Part shown: positions 61,140-64,000 of the stretch, piece by piece
Layout: every line of letters starts with the position of its first letter
How positions within the stretch are numbered: position 1 is the stretch's first letter
Assembly (NCBI GenBank): GCA_044892525.1
Contig: CM097885.1
Coordinates: 21,516,001 to 21,580,000, forward strand
Direction of reading: 5' to 3'
From: Schmidtea polychroa
Lineage: Eukaryota
Length of the DNA: 64,000 bases
Translations under genes and position numbers: made by a program
The notes under the pieces: model-generated
The model's input: the letters and a program-made list of their open reading frames with translations, nothing else
Told to the model about the DNA's origin: nothing
The model's database searches: none

Positions 61140-62380
61140 ATTGTGTGTGCAATAGCCAAAAATAATAAATTTTATCAAATACATGTAAATTTTTTTAAAA
61201 AATCTATGTGTGTGTTATTGGTAGAGTGTGTGTGTGTAAAATATAAAATTTTATCATATACATGTATAAATTTAGGTAAATTTTATGAAAAATCCATGTT
61301 TTTTGTGTGTGTGTGTTATGGGTATAGTATGTGTGTGCGTAAATATATGAAATTTTATCAAATACATGTAAATTTAGTTAAATTTTATAAAAAATCTATG
61401 TGTGTGTGTTACGGGTATAGTATGTGTGTGTAAAAATATGAAATTTTATCAAATACATGTAAATTTAGTTAAATTTTATGAAAAATATATGTTTTTTGTG
61501 TGTGTGTTATGGGTAGAGTATGTGTGTGTGTAAAAATTTTATCAAATACATGTAAATTTCTTTAAAAAATCTATATGTGTGTTTGTCCTATGGGGTAGAG
61601 AATTATTGTATATGTGTGTAAAAATTATATCAAAAATTATATTAAATTTATGAAAAATCTATATATGTGTTTGTTATGGGGAAGAGTATGTGTGTGTAAA
61701 AAACTTTGATCAAATACATGTAAATTTCTTTAAAAAATCTATGTGTTTGTGTGTTATGGGGTATAGAATTATTATGTGTGTGTGTAAAAATTTTATCAAA
61801 TACATGTAAATTTCTTTAAAAAATCTATATGTGTGTTTGTCCTATGGGGTAGAGAATTATTGTATATGTGTGTAAAAAACTTTTATCAAATACATGTAGA
61901 TTTCTTTAAAAAATCTATGTGTGTGTGCTATAGAGTAGAGTATGTGTGTGTGTAAAAATATTAAATTTTATCAAATACATGTAAATTTCTTTCAAAAATC
62001 TATGTTTTCTGTGTGTGCTATGGTTAGAGAATTATTATGGGTGTATGTGTGTACAAATAATAAATTTTATAAAAATCATGTAAATTTCTTTAAAAATCTA
62101 TGTTTTCTGTGTGTGTGTGTGTGGTATGGGTATTTATTATGGGTGTGTAAAAAACTTTTATCAAATACATGTAAATTTCTTTAAAAAATCTATGTGTGTG
62201 CTATGATTAGAGAATTATTATATGTGTATTTGTGTACAAATAATAAATTTTATAAAAATCATGTAAATTTCTTTAAAAAATCTATGTGTGTGTTATGGAC
62301 TAGAGAATTATTGTGTGTATGTGTGTAAAAATTTTATCAAATTTCTTTAAAATTTATGAAAAATCTATGTTTTTGTGTGA
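61140..62380. repeat. Degenerate ~80-90-bp satellite
   Basis: ttttatcaaatacatgtaaatttctttaaaaaatctatgtgtgtg recurs more than 10 times. Confidence 0.9.
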
Positions 62381-62525
62381 ATTGTACATGTATTGCACAT
62401 GCTTATTTTAACACGGGTATAAATGCTTAATATGTGATTATACTCTGAGTTTATCCGACAAGATATTTTGTCCCCCTATGGGTAATGTTCACACTCAACA
62501 TGTTGCAAGTGTACTGCTCACAAGG

Positions 62526-62547
62526 GTATTATTATTATTATTATTAA

Positions 62548-62601
<54 letters not shown>

Positions 62602-62803
62602 CACAAGCTCACACTCAACATGTCTCAAAGGGTATAAATTCTGACCAATCAAGGAAGGGGTAGAAAAAATATATATTACGTTGCAGTATTTTAAAACTTA
62701 AATATATTTTGACACCATTTTCAACATTTTCATCAATTATTATTATTTTTATTATTGTTATTATTAACGCGCGGGGATATTATTATTATTTATAATATTT
62801 TCA

Positions 62804-62839
<36 letters not shown>

Positions 62840-62840
62840 G

Positions 62841-62931
<91 letters not shown>

Positions 62932-63296
62932 ATTATTATTATTATTTTCATTATTATTATTATTATTCTTTTTTTTTCAAAGTATTATTATAATTATTAT
63001 TATCATATAAACTATCAGTTTATCCGACAACATATTTAGTCCCGGATGGATAATGCTCATATACAACATGTCTCAAAGGGCATATTATTAAATTCTGACT
63101 AATCAATGAAGGGGTAGAACAAAAATATATTACGTTGTGGTATGTTAAAATCTTATTTTCAAAACATATTTTGACGCCATTTTCATTAGATGCAAGAACA
63201 TTTTCATAATTATTTTCATAATTTTTGCATCGATTTCATGATTTTCAACATTTTCATCATTTGCATGAATATATTATTTTCAAAGTTATTTTCAAT

Positions 63297-63382
<86 letters not shown>
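62526..63382. repeat. (ATT)n microsatellite blocks
   Basis: Runs at ~62526-62600, 62805-62970 and 63298-63382. Confidence 0.92.
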
Positions 63383-64000
63383 TCGATGGGTTTTATGTAG
63401 GGTATCCGAATGTTGTAATAAGCAATATTTTCATTGTTTTTCATGATTATTTTCTTCAAAATTCTTATTTTATAAAGTATGACTCATTCAAGGTCATATG
63501 ACTCATCAAGGTCACGTGACTCATCGATTACATTTTGAAAATTCTAATTTGATTGGCTATATCTATTGTGATAAATGTAAAAACAAAAGTAATTTAGTTA
63601 TTACTGATGATTTCTACAAGTAAAACTGTTGAATATGATTGTGTAAATCACAAAATGTATTTGGTAACTTTATTATTTTATCAATTTTTTATATATTTTT
63701 GATTTATAGCAAGGAACTCGAAATAATGAAAAATTAAGTCCATCCTATTCTGAAATTTCATTGAAATTTTTTAACAACACAGTTGAAGATTTTATAAATA
63801 ATCATGATGCTTACACTGATAAGAAAATCATAAATGTTTTAAAAATTTTCAAACATTCCTCTATTGAATATTTGATTGATTTATTTAATTATGATAAATG
63901 TATTTTGAAGTTATCTAGTTATTTAATGTATTTTGAAAAAACAGTGGTAAACAACGATACACTGAATGAATACTTTTGGAGTTGCATGTATTTAAGATTG

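Overview
AT-rich eukaryotic genomic DNA with short introns and (ATT)n arrays; a planarian/flatworm host is my inference. The window is dominated by one intact, very young, giant Ty3/Gypsy (Metaviridae-like) LTR retroelement at 12510-47570 (35,061 bp). It has two near-identical 4,755-bp LTRs, a 4-bp ATAG target-site duplication and a tRNA-Pro primer-binding site. A single ~4,700-aa polyprotein carries, in order: Gag, 3 zinc knuckles, ubiquitin-like domains, a TRAF/MATH domain, a Bcl-2-like segment, a chuvirus-like fusion glycoprotein, PR-RT-RNaseH-IN, ankyrin repeats and a second type I membrane protein. Nine accessory ORFs include a full TRAF, a BIR-RING IAP, a RING protein, an LTR-encoded AT-hook protein, coiled-coil proteins and a third membrane protein. 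The accessory ORFs share a fixed cassette grammar: TGTA(A)ATA 17-19 nt after the stop codon and a splice-acceptor-like AG just before the next ATG. There is no polypurine tract. Size and class recall the giant Burro elements of Schmidtea mediterranea (recalled, not searched), so novelty must be checked against them. The element lies between divergent host genes WDR4/TRM82 (minus strand) and an EEPD1-like gene (plus strand). The flanks hold hAT relics, MITEs, a solo LTR, satellites and microsatellites. All domain calls are by-eye motif recognition, not database hits.
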